Source: Candidatus Puniceispirillum sp. | GTDB lineage: Bacteria > Pseudomonadota > Alphaproteobacteria > Puniceispirillales > Puniceispirillaceae | Length of the DNA: 64,000 nucleotides | Reading direction: 5' to 3' | NCBI RefSeq assembly: GCF_965657105.1 | Contig: NZ_CBFHNB010000001.1 | Span: 30,937-94,936, forward strand | Made by a program: the position numbers and the translations under genes | The notes under the pieces: model-generated | The model's input: the letters and a program-made list of their open reading frames with translations, nothing else | Databases searched by the model: none | Told to the model about the DNA's origin: nothing | Part shown: piece after piece, positions 44,204 through 55,055 of the stretch | Layout of the letters: the number at the start of each line of letters is the position of its first letter | Position numbering within the stretch: the stretch's first letter is position 1

Positions 44204-45094
44204 ATGATTTATCCAAGATCAATTCGTAATAGTTATCGTATTCTGGCTCTGTTTTTTGCTCTTATTATATCAGCAACAAGCGCTACCAGCTTGCACGCGC
44301 AATCGACCAACCCCTTTTTCGTAATTAATGGCGCTGATGTCATTTCAGGTTATCCGCTTGAGGGGCATTTAATCATTGCACGAGCTGCGCCAAATCATAA
44401 AGTGACATTTGACGGCACGCCTATCACCGTCGCCGATGATGGCTTGTTTGTGATTGGTTTTCACCGTGACTCTGATGATGATGCCACACTCAGCATAACG
44501 GATGGTAATGGTTCAATCGCAACCACAATCCTATCACCCGCCCAGCGTGACTATAATATCCAGCGCATTGACGGGTTGAAAAAATCAATGGTGACACCAC
44601 CACAAAAGGTGCTTGACCGGATCAAGGCTGACTCCCAAAAAGTGCGCAAAGCGCGCGATATGCCAGCCCCAATAGGGGATTTCTGGCGCGGTCTTGACTG
44701 GCCGGTTCTGGGGCGTATCTCAGGGGTTTATGGCAGTCAGCGTATTTTAAACGGCAAGCCCCGGGCACCGCATTATGGCATTGATATCGCTGCACCATTG
44801 GGCACACCTGTTCATGCCCCTGCCAGTGGCACAGTTACACTTGCCTATGATCTTTATTTTTCCGGCCTGACGGTGATTTTGAACCATGGGCTTGGCGTTA
44901 ATTCAACCTTTTTGCATCTAGATGAAATGGCTGTAAGCGTTGGTGATAAAGTTGAACGTGGAGGGTTGATAGGCACGCTTGGCTCGACAGGTCGTTCAAC
45001 TGGCCCTCATTTGGATTGGCGAATTGACTGGCAAGGGCGCCGGATTGATGCGGCACTAATCGCAGGCCCAATGCCAGATTTGCCTGAGTCATAG
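44204..45094 (+). CDS. M23-family metallo-endopeptidase (LytM domain)
   Basis: An N-terminal signal/TM region is followed by HYGIDIAAPLGTPVHAPASG ... GSTGRSTGPHLDW. Confidence 0.8.
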   Translation: MIYPRSIRNSYRILALFFALIISATSATSLHAQSTNPFFVINGADVISGYPLEGHLIIARAAPNHKVTFDGTPITVADDGLFVIGFHRDSDDDATLSITDGNGSIATTILSPAQRDYNIQRIDGLKKSMVTPPQKVLDRIKADSQKVRKARDMPAPIGDFWRGLDWPVLGRISGVYGSQRILNGKPRAPHYGIDIAAPLGTPVHAPASGTVTLAYDLYFSGLTVILNHGLGVNSTFLHLDEMAVSVGDKVERGGLIGTLGSTGRSTGPHLDWRIDWQGRRIDAALIAGPMPDLPES

Positions 45095-45103
45095 GTCACA
45101 AAG

Positions 45104-45973
45104 ATGCAACCAAAGCCTGTCATTTTCATTTTTGGTCTTGGTTATGTCGGGACGCGGCTTGGGCATATGCTAGCGGAACAGGGCTGGCATATAAAAGGCA
45201 CTACCCGTGATCCTGCCAAATTATCAAGGCAAGCGGCCGCTGGCTGGGATATTTTCCCTTTCAGCACCGACGAACCCCTAGCTGATCCCGAAGCCACACT
45301 TAAAGATGTTGATGCTGTTCTGACAACCATCACCGCGATTGGTGGCACAGATCCAGTTCTGGATGCGCATGGCGATGTGCTGGCGGATTTCAATGGCTGG
45401 AGCGGCTATGTCTCGGCTACCTCGGTTTATCCTGATCAACCTGATGATTTCTGTTTTGAAGATACTCCGCCAGCCCCTGCCACCGAACGAGGCAAGGCAC
45501 GCGTAATTGCCGAGCAACGCTGGCAGGAATTATTAAATAGCGAAATATTCCGGGTTGCTGGTATTTATGGTCCTGGGCGCAGCCCCTTTGACGGGCTTCG
45601 CAATGGCACCGCCCGTATTATCACCCGCGAAGGGCAGGTATTTAACCGCATCCATCTTGACGATATTTGCCGGATCATTATCGCGGCCATCAAGCAACCA
45701 CGTCCAAGACGGATTATCAATCTGGCTGATCACAAGCCTGCGCCCCAAGGTGATGTCGTGCGATACGCCGCCAAGCTTATCAACCTTGCACCGCCAGAAC
45801 CGCAAACCCTCGAGCAGGCGAAACTTAGCCCGATGGCGCGCAGCTTTTATGTCTCACGTCGCAAGGTTGGATCGCGCGTCATCAAACCAGAACTTGATAT
45901 TGATTTATTATATCCTGACTATGAAAGCGGCTTACGCGCCATTTTGAATGCCGAACAGGAAGACGATACCTAG
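45104..45973 (+). CDS. NAD(P)-binding Rossmann-fold protein (atypical SDR/epimerase-like)
   Basis: 289 aa with an N-terminal IFIFGLGYVG dinucleotide-binding motif. Confidence 0.65.
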   Translation: MQPKPVIFIFGLGYVGTRLGHMLAEQGWHIKGTTRDPAKLSRQAAAGWDIFPFSTDEPLADPEATLKDVDAVLTTITAIGGTDPVLDAHGDVLADFNGWSGYVSATSVYPDQPDDFCFEDTPPAPATERGKARVIAEQRWQELLNSEIFRVAGIYGPGRSPFDGLRNGTARIITREGQVFNRIHLDDICRIIIAAIKQPRPRRIINLADHKPAPQGDVVRYAAKLINLAPPEPQTLEQAKLSPMARSFYVSRRKVGSRVIKPELDIDLLYPDYESGLRAILNAEQEDDT

Positions 45974-45978
45974 GCTAT

Positions 45979-47040
45979 CTAGCCGATCACCGGATCAAGG
46001 CTATTATCTGCATATCGACGTGCCATGGCCGCTAATGACATAGGCTGAATGCGCGTTGCATTTCCTGCCGTACCAAACCGTTCAAAGCGATCAACACACA
46101 AGGCCTGCATCGCCTCCATTGCTGGTTTCAGCACTTTGCGCGGATCAAATTCAGACCGGTTTTCGGTTGTTACCTTACGCATCGCGCCAAGCATCGCCAA
46201 CCGGCAATCCGTGTCGATATTGATCTTACGCACACCATGTTTGATGCCCCGCTCGATTTCAGCTATTGGCACACCCCATGTTTGTGGCATTTCACCGCCA
46301 TGGGCATTGAAAATATCCTGTAAATCTTGCGGCACACTTGAAGAGCCATGCATCACCAAATGAACATTGGGAAGCCGTCGGTTGATTTCCTCAACCACAT
46401 TCATCGCCAGAATGTCACCATCAGGTTGGCGGGTGAATTTATAGGCACCATGGCTTGTGCCCATTGCAATGGCCAGCGCATCCACCTTTGTCTGCGCCAC
46501 AAAATCCACCGCCTGATCGGGATCTGTCAACAACTGGTCTTCAGATAATTTGCCAGTCGCACCATGCCCATCTTCTTGTTCACCTTCACCTGTCTCAAGC
46601 GAACCAAGCACGCCAAGCTCACCTTCGACCGACGCACCCGCATAATGTGCCATTTCGGTAACTCTACGGGTGATATCCATATTATAGTCATAGCTAGCTG
46701 GCGTCTTGGCATCAGCTTCTAACGAGCCATCCATCATCACCGAGGTAAAGCCATATTGGATAGCGGTCATACAGGTCGCTTCATTATTACCATGGTCTTG
46801 ATGCATACAGACCGGAATATGCGGGTACATCTCTGCAAGCGCCTTGACCATCGCCTGTAACATGATATCGCCAGCATAGGCTCGTGCACCCCGACTTGCC
46901 TGAATAATCACAGGGGCATCAACCTTATCAGCCGCCTGCAGAATCGCCAGACCCTGTTCCATATTATTAATGTTGAAAGCTGGAACGCCGTAGCCATATT
47001 CGGCCGCGTCATCAAGTAGCTGTCGTAGCGAAATCAACAT
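45979..47040 (-). CDS. fba: Class II fructose-1,6-bisphosphate aldolase (CbbA-like subtype)
   Basis: 353 aa with FbaA/CbbA motifs ([29 protein letters not shown]). Confidence 0.9.
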   Translation of the reverse strand: MLISLRQLLDDAAEYGYGVPAFNINNMEQGLAILQAADKVDAPVIIQASRGARAYAGDIMLQAMVKALAEMYPHIPVCMHQDHGNNEATCMTAIQYGFTSVMMDGSLEADAKTPASYDYNMDITRRVTEMAHYAGASVEGELGVLGSLETGEGEQEDGHGATGKLSEDQLLTDPDQAVDFVAQTKVDALAIAMGTSHGAYKFTRQPDGDILAMNVVEEINRRLPNVHLVMHGSSSVPQDLQDIFNAHGGEMPQTWGVPIAEIERGIKHGVRKINIDTDCRLAMLGAMRKVTTENRSEFDPRKVLKPAMEAMQALCVDRFERFGTAGNATRIQPMSLAAMARRYADNSLDPVIG

Positions 47041-47069
47041 TTCATAATCTCTCCAGTTGGGTAATCTAT

Positions 47070-48023
47070 TTATGAATGATAACCAATTATAACGTCAACT
47101 TCATTCATTGATCCAAAGATAAAAGCAACACGTTCATGTAAATCTTGGGGCTGTATGTCTAAAATAGACTCCGTGCCGTTGGTCGCCTTACCACCTGCCT
47201 GCTCAACCAGCATGGCCACCGGATTAGCTTCATAAACCAGCCGCAATCGCCCTTGAGAATAGCCATCGCGGCGATCAGCTGGATACAGAAACACCCCGCC
47301 ACGACGGAAAATCCGCCAAGCATCCGCGACAAGCGATCCAACCCAACGCATATTATAATTTCGTTTTAGCTCACCATCACGGCCATCAAGACAAGCATCG
47401 ATATAGGCTTTTACTGGCGCATACCAATGTCGCTGGTTCGAGGCGTTTATGCCAAATTCCTGAGTATCTGCGGGCAAAGCCACCTGCCAACCCATATCGC
47501 AAAAACAGCCATCGTCATCCATCTGAAATGCCAGCACACCATCACCCAGCGTTAATAATAAGGTTGTCTGCGGCCCATATACAAAAAATCCAGCAGCAAG
47601 CTGGTCGCGCCCGCATTGTAAGGGTCCCCCTACGGCAAGCATGATCGAAAAAATTGTGCCGATCGAAACATTTGTGTCAATATTTGATGAGCCATCAAGC
47701 GGGTCACTGGCAACAATCAGTGTGCCGTCAGCATGAAGCGGAATGGGCGTATCTTGTTCTTCGGACAGATAGATAGCCACCCCAGCGGCGTGCAACTGTG
47801 CCGTAATAACGTCATCAGCTAGTACATCAAGTGCTTTTTGATCATCACCATCAGCATTTGCACTGCCTTTGATGGCGCCAAGATTAGTAGCGCTATCAGG
47901 TGTCCGGATTAGCTTTGAAATCGACGCCGCCGCAAGTGCCAAACCATTTACCGCGCGCGCGACGTCCGCATCTATATCTGATTGTGCAGCATGCTGTTTT
48001 AAAACCGCATCAAGATTCTGCAT
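47070..48023 (-). CDS. fbp: Class 1 fructose-1,6-bisphosphatase
   Basis: The [10 protein letters not shown] motif is present. Start ATG 48023 lies 5 nt after GGAGAGG. Confidence 0.9.
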   Translation of the reverse strand: MQNLDAVLKQHAAQSDIDADVARAVNGLALAAASISKLIRTPDSATNLGAIKGSANADGDDQKALDVLADDVITAQLHAAGVAIYLSEEQDTPIPLHADGTLIVASDPLDGSSNIDTNVSIGTIFSIMLAVGGPLQCGRDQLAAGFFVYGPQTTLLLTLGDGVLAFQMDDDGCFCDMGWQVALPADTQEFGINASNQRHWYAPVKAYIDACLDGRDGELKRNYNMRWVGSLVADAWRIFRRGGVFLYPADRRDGYSQGRLRLVYEANPVAMLVEQAGGKATNGTESILDIQPQDLHERVAFIFGSMNEVDVIIGYHS

Positions 48024-48037
48024 CAACCTCTCCATTC

Positions 48038-48071
48038 AATAAAATACGCCCGACACCTGTTGGGGCCGGGC
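48038..48071 (-). terminator. Rho-independent terminator after the BI-1 family gene
   Basis: GC-rich hairpin GCCCGGCCCC-AACA-GGTGTCGGGC (8/10 bp), followed on the minus strand by TATTTTATT. Confidence 0.55.
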
Positions 48072-48098
48072 GCAAGATGTTTCACTTTACCATCAGGC

Positions 48099-48818
48099 CT
48101 ATTCGCGATTTCCAAACAGACGCAAGATAAACAAGAACATATTGATAAAATCAAGATACAGCATCAAAGCACCAAAGATCGATTTCTTATTTGCCTCTTC
48201 ACTACTGTCCCCGGCCATATACATAGCCTTAATGCGCTGTGTATCCCACGCGGTTAAGCCAGCAAAGATCAACACACCACCTACTGAAATCACGAATTCC
48301 AGCTGGCTTGATGCCATGAATATATTCACCACAGATGCGATGATCAGGCCAAACAGGCCAATGACCATAAATGAACCCATTGCAGACAGGCTACGCTTTG
48401 TTGAATATCCATACAGGCTGAGACCCGCAAAGGCACCGGCTGTAATGAAAAATGCCCGTGCCACGCTAGCGCCTGTATAGACAAACAGAATTGACGCAAG
48501 CGAAAGCCCCATCAAGGCACCATAAATATAGAACATATTCCGCGCCTTGGTTGCCGACATCGCATTCATGCGCGCTGAAAGCCAGAACACCATGCCCAAT
48601 GGAGCCAACATCACAACCCATTTTAAGGGTGTGCCATAAACCAGTTGGCCAACAGCAGGTACGGTCATAACCGCCCATTTCATGGCAAAGGCGAAAAAGC
48701 CAGTCAGCAATAATGCCGTGGTCATGTGATTATACACGCCCAGCATATAGCTTCGAAGCCCTGTATCGATTTGCGCGGATTGTGCCGCGGCTGTATTCAT
48801 AAATCTGTTGTCTTGCAT
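48099..48818 (-). CDS. Bax inhibitor-1/YccA-family membrane protein
   Basis: 239 aa with 7 TM helices, a BI-1-like sequence and the charged C-terminus typical of the family. Confidence 0.8.
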   Translation of the reverse strand: MQDNRFMNTAAAQSAQIDTGLRSYMLGVYNHMTTALLLTGFFAFAMKWAVMTVPAVGQLVYGTPLKWVVMLAPLGMVFWLSARMNAMSATKARNMFYIYGALMGLSLASILFVYTGASVARAFFITAGAFAGLSLYGYSTKRSLSAMGSFMVIGLFGLIIASVVNIFMASSQLEFVISVGGVLIFAGLTAWDTQRIKAMYMAGDSSEEANKKSIFGALMLYLDFINMFLFILRLFGNRE

Positions 48819-48885
48819 TTTGTTACCTCCAAAATGGTAAGAATGTATTTAGAAGATAGTCATCTGGCCGGCTATTATCAAGATA

Positions 48886-50019
48886 TTAAGCCGATGCAGT
48901 TTCAGTTGTTTTTGCTTTCTTTTGGCGAGGAACCCGCTGGGATGCCGATTTTAATTGCCCACATGCCGCAAGAATGTCACGGCCACGAGGTGTTCGCACT
49001 GGCGATGCATAGCCTGCCTTTAAAACACGCTTGGCAAAGGCATCTATGCGATCCCCTTTAGAACAGACATATGGGCTGCCTGGCCACGGGTTAAAGGGTA
49101 TTAAATTCAGCTTCGAAGGTATGCCTTTTATAAGCGCTAAAAGCTGCCGACAATCCTCATCACTGTCATTAACGCCATCAAGCATGACATATTCCCATGT
49201 GATCCGGCGTGCATTCGAAAGCCCCGGATAATTTCGACATGCGTCGATCAAGGCGGCAAGCTTGTATTTGCGGTTGATTGGCACCAGCTCGTCGCGTAAT
49301 TCGTCACGTGTTGCGTGAAGCGAGATAGCCAAATTTACGCCCAGCTCTTCGCCTGCCCGTTTGATTTCAGGCACCACACCCGATGTCGATAATGTGATCC
49401 GGCGCTTTGATATCGCGACACCCTCACCACTCATGATGATGCGCATCGCCTCGGCAACATTTTCATAATTGAAAAGCGGTTCACCCATACCCATCAAGAC
49501 AATATTCGTCAGCTTGCGGCCATCTCGCCCAGCTGGCCAGTCGGCCAACTCATCCATTGCCAGCATGACTTGGCCACAAATTTCATCCACAGTCAGATTA
49601 CGCACCAGCTTCTGGGTGCCTGTATGACAAAAGCTACATGTCAAAGTACAGCCAACCTGTGATGAAATACATAAAGTACCGCGTGTCTTATCCGGAATAT
49701 AAACCGCCTCGGCTTCGTTACCATCAGGAAACCGTAACAGCCATTTAATCGTGCCATCTTTTGAATTCAGACGTTGCGATACGGCAGGACGGTCGGCCTT
49801 ATACATAGTCGCCAACTGTTCGCGCACGGGCTTGCCAAGATCAGACATTTCGTCAAAATTTGTTAAACCATGTCGCCAAACCCAGCGCCAAATCTGCTTG
49901 GCACGAAACTTCGGCAAGCCAGCGGCGACAATTTGCGCCTCAAGCACAACCTGTGAAAGCCCAAGCAAATTTATGCGTTGGTCGGCGTCAGAAACAGGTG
50001 GCACGGTCTGGTCGGTCAC
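48886..50019 (-). CDS. rlmN: 23S rRNA/tRNA (adenine-C2)-methyltransferase, radical SAM
   Basis: 377 aa with the CxxxCxxC radical-SAM cluster ([11 protein letters not shown]) and the conserved C-terminal Cys (AACGQL). Confidence 0.9.
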   Translation of the reverse strand: MTDQTVPPVSDADQRINLLGLSQVVLEAQIVAAGLPKFRAKQIWRWVWRHGLTNFDEMSDLGKPVREQLATMYKADRPAVSQRLNSKDGTIKWLLRFPDGNEAEAVYIPDKTRGTLCISSQVGCTLTCSFCHTGTQKLVRNLTVDEICGQVMLAMDELADWPAGRDGRKLTNIVLMGMGEPLFNYENVAEAMRIIMSGEGVAISKRRITLSTSGVVPEIKRAGEELGVNLAISLHATRDELRDELVPINRKYKLAALIDACRNYPGLSNARRITWEYVMLDGVNDSDEDCRQLLALIKGIPSKLNLIPFNPWPGSPYVCSKGDRIDAFAKRVLKAGYASPVRTPRGRDILAACGQLKSASQRVPRQKKAKTTETASA

Positions 50020-50573
50020 TTGCAGGTCTTATCTATAACTGATTTGGTTTTGGTAAATCCGGACAATGAATAAGTGTCTGTGGTGACTGTTCCACGGCTG
50101 GATGTGCCAATGATCGACATTGTGGCACCACGTTTCATCGCCGTGATCATCGCATCGTCATCTTCTTCGCTTTCGGCATAAGCGCGATCTTCAATTGTGA
50201 ATAAGGTAAATTTGCGCTTATCAATTTTGACTGTCACATCCGATTGTTTTTTGTAGTTGTAACCAGCGATGACCTGAACCACATTACGCTCTGCTTTGCC
50301 AGGTCCATGCGAAACAAAAATACGCGTTTCGCCACGATTGTCAGGGTCATATTTACCAACGCTTTTTTTAGGTGCGCTACTTATGAAGCAAACACGAACA
50401 CCATTATCATTATAACGATAGGCACCCCAATCTTTTGAAACCAGCATTTCAATCGGCTCTGATGCTGCCATTGATGGCGTGACAGCGGTCAAAAATATAC
50501 CAAGAAACGGTATCAGCCACAGCATCTTAAAAAATTGATTAGTCCCTTTATTCATCTTTTCCGATATCCCCAT
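50016..50573 (-). CDS. Invasion-associated locus B (IalB)-like periplasmic protein
   Basis: 185 aa with a signal/TM segment. IalB-like size and pattern. It overlaps rlmN by 4 nt. The family call is from memory only. Confidence 0.55.
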   Translation of the reverse strand: MGISEKMNKGTNQFFKMLWLIPFLGIFLTAVTPSMAASEPIEMLVSKDWGAYRYNDNGVRVCFISSAPKKSVGKYDPDNRGETRIFVSHGPGKAERNVVQVIAGYNYKKQSDVTVKIDKRKFTLFTIEDRAYAESEEDDDAMITAMKRGATMSIIGTSSRGTVTTDTYSLSGFTKTKSVIDKTCK

Positions 50574-50756
50574 ATCCTTGATTATTGAGCGGTCAGGAAT
50601 CCACCTGAATTGCCCACCAGAATTAATAGCTCAATTGAACAAATCAATTATGGCAAAATTAGTGTCCTTAACAGGCAACCACACCTATAAATATATTGTC
50701 TTACGTGTGTTTTACGGCAGGTAGCAGAGCGATGCAAAGATTTTCAGAACCAAACC

Positions 50757-50785
50757 AGCAAAAAGCCACAACAAAAGCTTTTGCT
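50757..50785 (-). terminator. Possible weak terminator after the SGNH hydrolase gene
   Basis: AGCAAAAAGC-cacaacaaaa-GCTTTTGCT is a 9-bp stem with one bulge. It is AT-rich, with only a modest T-run after it on the minus strand. Confidence 0.3.
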
Positions 50786-50829
50786 CTTAAAATGACATGA
50801 CAGATTATTGTGCCTTACGCAGTAATGAC

Positions 50830-51513
50830 TCAGGGTGTTTTAGCTAGCAACGCCCGCACAAATGGCATGATACGCTTGGTTATCTCACTGATACCGGCTT
50901 CATTTGGGTGCATGCCGTCACTCAGATTTAAATCTGGCACCATCGCCACACCATCAAGAAAGAACGGATAAAAAACCACATCCCCACGTGCCGCAAGACG
51001 CGTATAGACCTGATCGAAATCATCAACATAATCAGTGCCAAAATTGCGTGGTGCCTGCATCCCCGCCAGAAGCACAGCCATATTCTCGGCCTTAAAGCGA
51101 TTTATGATCGCCTCCAAATTGCGATAGGTGGCATCAGGATCAAGTCCACGAAGCAAATCATTGCCCCCAAGCACAATGATCGCCGCATCTGGATTACCAT
51201 CCAATGACCAGTCAATCCGTGCTAATCCGCCTGCTGTTGTATCGCCAGATACGCCTGCATTGATCACTGATACCGCAACGCCATCCTGCAAAAGTGCCTG
51301 CTGCAACATCTCGGGAAACGCCTTGCCTTGTGGCAATCCATGCCCTGCCACTAGCGAGTCTCCAAGCACCAGAATCCGCACCGGCATATCATCCGCTAAT
51401 GCCGGTTGTTTCAAGCCAACACCAAAGCCAGTCACAAATACAAATAGAAGCACCAATACCGACTGGTAAAAAAAGTGCACATAGCGATTGATAAAGCCCA
51501 AATTCAGCACCAT
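50830..51513 (-). CDS. SGNH/GDSL arylesterase-thioesterase (TesA-like)
   Basis: Block I GDSL (ILVLGDSLVAG), block III GGND and block V DGMHP are present, with an N-terminal signal/anchor. Confidence 0.75.
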   Translation of the reverse strand: MVLNLGFINRYVHFFYQSVLVLLFVFVTGFGVGLKQPALADDMPVRILVLGDSLVAGHGLPQGKAFPEMLQQALLQDGVAVSVINAGVSGDTTAGGLARIDWSLDGNPDAAIIVLGGNDLLRGLDPDATYRNLEAIINRFKAENMAVLLAGMQAPRNFGTDYVDDFDQVYTRLAARGDVVFYPFFLDGVAMVPDLNLSDGMHPNEAGISEITKRIMPFVRALLAKTP

Positions 51514-51733
51514 ATCTTTATTCAGATTTCAACATCATAGGCTATTACGCCTATCAGACAATAAGCTAGTTACATTGAAATGGGGGTTCACAGCATCATT
51601 GTCCATAGCATCGCTTAACTGCAATCTGATGCAGGATCAATAAATGACATTAAAAATACTTCAAAGCCCTATCATACACCAACACGAGTACAATCCATCA
51701 ACGCCCATTTGACCAGAACATCAAGGACGCTAT

Positions 51734-52462
51734 ATGACCAATCTTCAGGATAATTCAGCTAGCATCACGCCCACACCCGTGATTGATCTACGTAATGCCC
51801 AGCTTAGCTTTGGTGAAAAAGCCAAACGGGTCGATGTGTTAAAAGGCATCAATCTGTGCATTGATGCAGGGGAAACAGTTGGTGTATTGGGGGCAAGTGG
51901 CGCTGGTAAAACCAGCCTTTTGATGGTCATGGCTGGGCTGGAAAATGTCACCGGCGGCACCATCGCATTAGCCGATTATGACATTACAAATATGCCTGAA
52001 GATGCCTTGGCCGCATTGCGCCGTGACAAAGTCGGCATTGTTTTTCAAGCATTCCGCCTGATCGCGTCTATGACAGCCTTGCAGAATGTTTCGATTCCGC
52101 TTGAACTAGCTGGCGACAGCGATGCAACAGCTCGCGCTAGCGCAGCGCTGGAGTCAGTCGGCCTTGGCCACCGGCTTCATCACTTACCTGATCAGATGTC
52201 AGGAGGCGAACAGCAGCGCGTCGCGATTGCCCGGGCAATCGCCCCCAATCCCCGCATCCTGCTGGCTGACGAACCGACCGGAAATCTTGACAGCACAACA
52301 GGCGAAAAAGTTATCAAAACGCTGTTTGAAAGTGCGGCTAATGCTGGTGCTGCCTTGATACTCGTGACACATGATGCTGGCCTCGCAGCACGTTGTAGCC
52401 GCATCATCCAAATTGAAGATGGCAAGCTTGCTACCGACAGCAAACAGAAAGCTACAGGCTAA
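51734..52462 (+). CDS. ABC transporter ATP-binding protein (YbbA/LolD-like)
   Basis: Walker A GASGAGKTS, signature MSGGEQQRVAIARA and Walker B ILLADEP are present. Confidence 0.85.
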   Translation: MTNLQDNSASITPTPVIDLRNAQLSFGEKAKRVDVLKGINLCIDAGETVGVLGASGAGKTSLLMVMAGLENVTGGTIALADYDITNMPEDALAALRRDKVGIVFQAFRLIASMTALQNVSIPLELAGDSDATARASAALESVGLGHRLHHLPDQMSGGEQQRVAIARAIAPNPRILLADEPTGNLDSTTGEKVIKTLFESAANAGAALILVTHDAGLAARCSRIIQIEDGKLATDSKQKATG

Positions 52463-52466
52463 CGTC

Positions 52467-55010
52467 ATGATCCCCGATACAAACATCACTATCGAAGATA
52501 GCGCATCAAGCTGGACCCTCGCTTGGCGATTTGCGCGCCGTGAGATGCGCGGTAGCCTACGTCGGTTCCGGGTATTTTTGGGCGCCTTATTATTAGGTGT
52601 TGCCGCTATCGGAACGGTTGGGTCAGTTGCCGATGCCATGCGCAATGGTATTGCCAATAATGCACGTGTTTTGCTGGGTGGAGATATTGAGCTTAGCAGT
52701 CGGCACACACCGCCTGACACCGAAATCATATCCATGGCTCAAGACTATGGCACAGTGTCACAAGTGGTTCAGATGCGCGCCATGCTTCAAGCCACAGACC
52801 AGCGCAAGCTTGTCGAATTAAAAGCTGTTGATGATATGTGGCCATTGGTCGGTAATGTCGACATTGAAGGCGCACCATCATTATCAGCAGCGCTCGCAGA
52901 TAAAGGCGTTGTTGCAGACCCGTCGCTTTTACGTTCCCTTAACCTTGAAATTGGTGACGAAGCCCGTCTTGGTGATACAACTGTGCGCATTGCGGCCAAT
53001 CTGGTCACCGAGCCTGATCGATCAATCAGCTTTGTCAGCTTTGGGCCGCGTGTCTTGATATCAAATGACACCCTTGCTGAGACAGGATTACAACAACCAG
53101 GTTCATTCATCAGTTACAAAACACGCCTCATCCTCGACAACCCCGTTGATAATGATGCTGTTACCAGCGCTTTGCTTGCGCGCGCGCAAAGCACTCATGT
53201 CCGTGTACGCAACCTACTTGATGCGGCACCTGGATTTGATACATTCATCAATCAAGCTGAAATTTTTCTGGTGCTTGTTGGTTTGACAGCTTTGCTTATT
53301 GGTGGCCTTGGCGTTGCTGGTGCTGTGCGCGCATGGCTAACCAGCCGGATGCCGGTGATCGCGACGTTGAAATGTCTTGGGGCACCATCCAAGCTGATTT
53401 TTCGCATCTATCTGCTTCAGGTTATGTCGATCGCCATGGTTGGCGTCATAGCTGGCGTGACAGTGGGTGCCGTTGCGCCTCTTTTTGCCATCGACATCCT
53501 CTCGAGTTATGTGACCGTGCCACTTGATATAACACTTTATCCCAGACCTCTACTCATCGCTGCTGGCTTTGGCATCGGCACCTCATTTCTATTTGCTTTA
53601 TGGCCGCTTGCCAAAGCAGAAGAAGTGCGTGCGGCGCATCTGTTCCGCAGTCTGAATGATATGCCAGGCGGTTTACCCAAGCCGCTTTATGTGGGCATCA
53701 GCCTGATAGCCGTTATCGCCTTGAGCGTGCTGGCTTTTCTGGCCACTGGCAATCTGCTGATGACGGTCAGTTTTATTGGCGGGTCGATCCTGTCGCTTTT
53801 CCTGTTGGCGGGACTTGGTGATGCGATGGTCTTTGTCCTACGCCGGATACCAGCCCCGCAAATTGTTCCCATTCGCCTTGCCTTGTCAGCCATCACCAGA
53901 CCGGGGTCACCAGTACGGTCAATGGTTATTGCCTTTGGGCTTGGCCTATCAGTTCTGGTCGCCGTATCGGTAAGCGAGGCTAATCTGAACCGGCAGATTG
54001 ATGCGCGTGTCGCCGAAGATGCGCCAGCCTGGTTTTTCATCGATATCCAGCCGCATCAGATTGATGCTTTTGAGACCATTGCGAGCAATATTACAGGCAT
54101 TTCGAACATCACCAAAACGCCTATGTTGCGGGGGCGCGTATCAGCGCTAAATGGCGTTTTATCATCAGAGATTGATGCGCCTCCCGGCGCGGAATGGGTC
54201 TTGCGTGGTGATCGTGCCCTGACCTGGTCAGCCACCCCGCCGAAAGGTAGCAATATTGTCGAAGGGACATGGTGGCCAGACGATTATAAAGGGCCGCCAC
54301 TTGTATCGATGGCCAAGGAAGAAGCTGACGAGTTTGGGTTGGTTCTTGGTGATACTATCAGCGTCAATGTTTTGGGGCGCAATGTTACGGCAAAGATTGT
54401 CAATTTCCGCGATATTGAATGGCAAAGTTTCAATATCAATTTCCTGTTCGTGCTGTCGCCAGGCGTTCTGGATAAAGCACCGCATAGCTGGATCGCCACA
54501 ACCGACGCTGTGGATGATGATGCTACGGACGCGGTCGAACGCGCAGTGACCAATCAATTTTCAAATGTTTCGGCAGTGTCGGTCAAAGAAGCGGTGCGCG
54601 TGGCACAACGCGTCATTGGCTTGCTTGGTGGGGCTGTCCAGATCACCGCGCTTGTGACACTGGTTGCTGGGATTGCCGTTTTGGCAGGTACGGTTGCCAG
54701 CACCGAAGCCCAGCGCCTTTCGGATAGTGTGATTTTAAAAGTGCTTGGTGCCACCCGATTATCGATCAGCATTGCTTGGTTTCTGGAATATGCCTTCCTT
54801 GGTATTTTGGCGGGTATTGCGGCGGCCATCATTGGGTCACTAGCCAGCTATGGTCTGGTTGCCCAAATTTTGAATATCGAATTCGAGCTTGATATTATGC
54901 TGGTTCTGATCACCACATTGGCAGGCGCAGGAGCAACAGCTTTACTAGGTCTTGCGGGCGCGGTTAAAACCCTTGGCCATAAACCGGGCCCTCTATTGCG
55001 CGAAGTTTAG
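52467..55010 (+). CDS. FtsX-domain ABC permease, duplicated (YbbP-like)
   Basis: 847 aa from ATG 52467, 4 nt after the ATPase stop. Two FtsX-like 4-TM modules are separated by large loops. Confidence 0.8.
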   Translation: MIPDTNITIEDSASSWTLAWRFARREMRGSLRRFRVFLGALLLGVAAIGTVGSVADAMRNGIANNARVLLGGDIELSSRHTPPDTEIISMAQDYGTVSQVVQMRAMLQATDQRKLVELKAVDDMWPLVGNVDIEGAPSLSAALADKGVVADPSLLRSLNLEIGDEARLGDTTVRIAANLVTEPDRSISFVSFGPRVLISNDTLAETGLQQPGSFISYKTRLILDNPVDNDAVTSALLARAQSTHVRVRNLLDAAPGFDTFINQAEIFLVLVGLTALLIGGLGVAGAVRAWLTSRMPVIATLKCLGAPSKLIFRIYLLQVMSIAMVGVIAGVTVGAVAPLFAIDILSSYVTVPLDITLYPRPLLIAAGFGIGTSFLFALWPLAKAEEVRAAHLFRSLNDMPGGLPKPLYVGISLIAVIALSVLAFLATGNLLMTVSFIGGSILSLFLLAGLGDAMVFVLRRIPAPQIVPIRLALSAITRPGSPVRSMVIAFGLGLSVLVAVSVSEANLNRQIDARVAEDAPAWFFIDIQPHQIDAFETIASNITGISNITKTPMLRGRVSALNGVLSSEIDAPPGAEWVLRGDRALTWSATPPKGSNIVEGTWWPDDYKGPPLVSMAKEEADEFGLVLGDTISVNVLGRNVTAKIVNFRDIEWQSFNINFLFVLSPGVLDKAPHSWIATTDAVDDDATDAVERAVTNQFSNVSAVSVKEAVRVAQRVIGLLGGAVQITALVTLVAGIAVLAGTVASTEAQRLSDSVILKVLGATRLSISIAWFLEYAFLGILAGIAAAIIGSLASYGLVAQILNIEFELDIMLVLITTLAGAGATALLGLAGAVKTLGHKPGPLLREV

Positions 55011-55055
55011 AAGATACAGTTGCGATAGGACGATCTATCGGCTATGACATGCCTC

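Noticed and set aside
45979-48023. fbp-fba as evidence for autotrophic CO2 fixation
   Set aside because: No RuBisCO, PRK or CbbR is in the window, and the pair is equally typical of gluconeogenesis.
50574-50829. 256-bp gap between the tesA-like and ialB-like genes as a possible sRNA or small-protein locus (two 22-codon ORFs at about 50660 and about 50732)
   Set aside because: There are no SD sequences, no strong promoter or terminator pair, and only one weak AT-rich hairpin. The evidence is insufficient without conservation or expression data.
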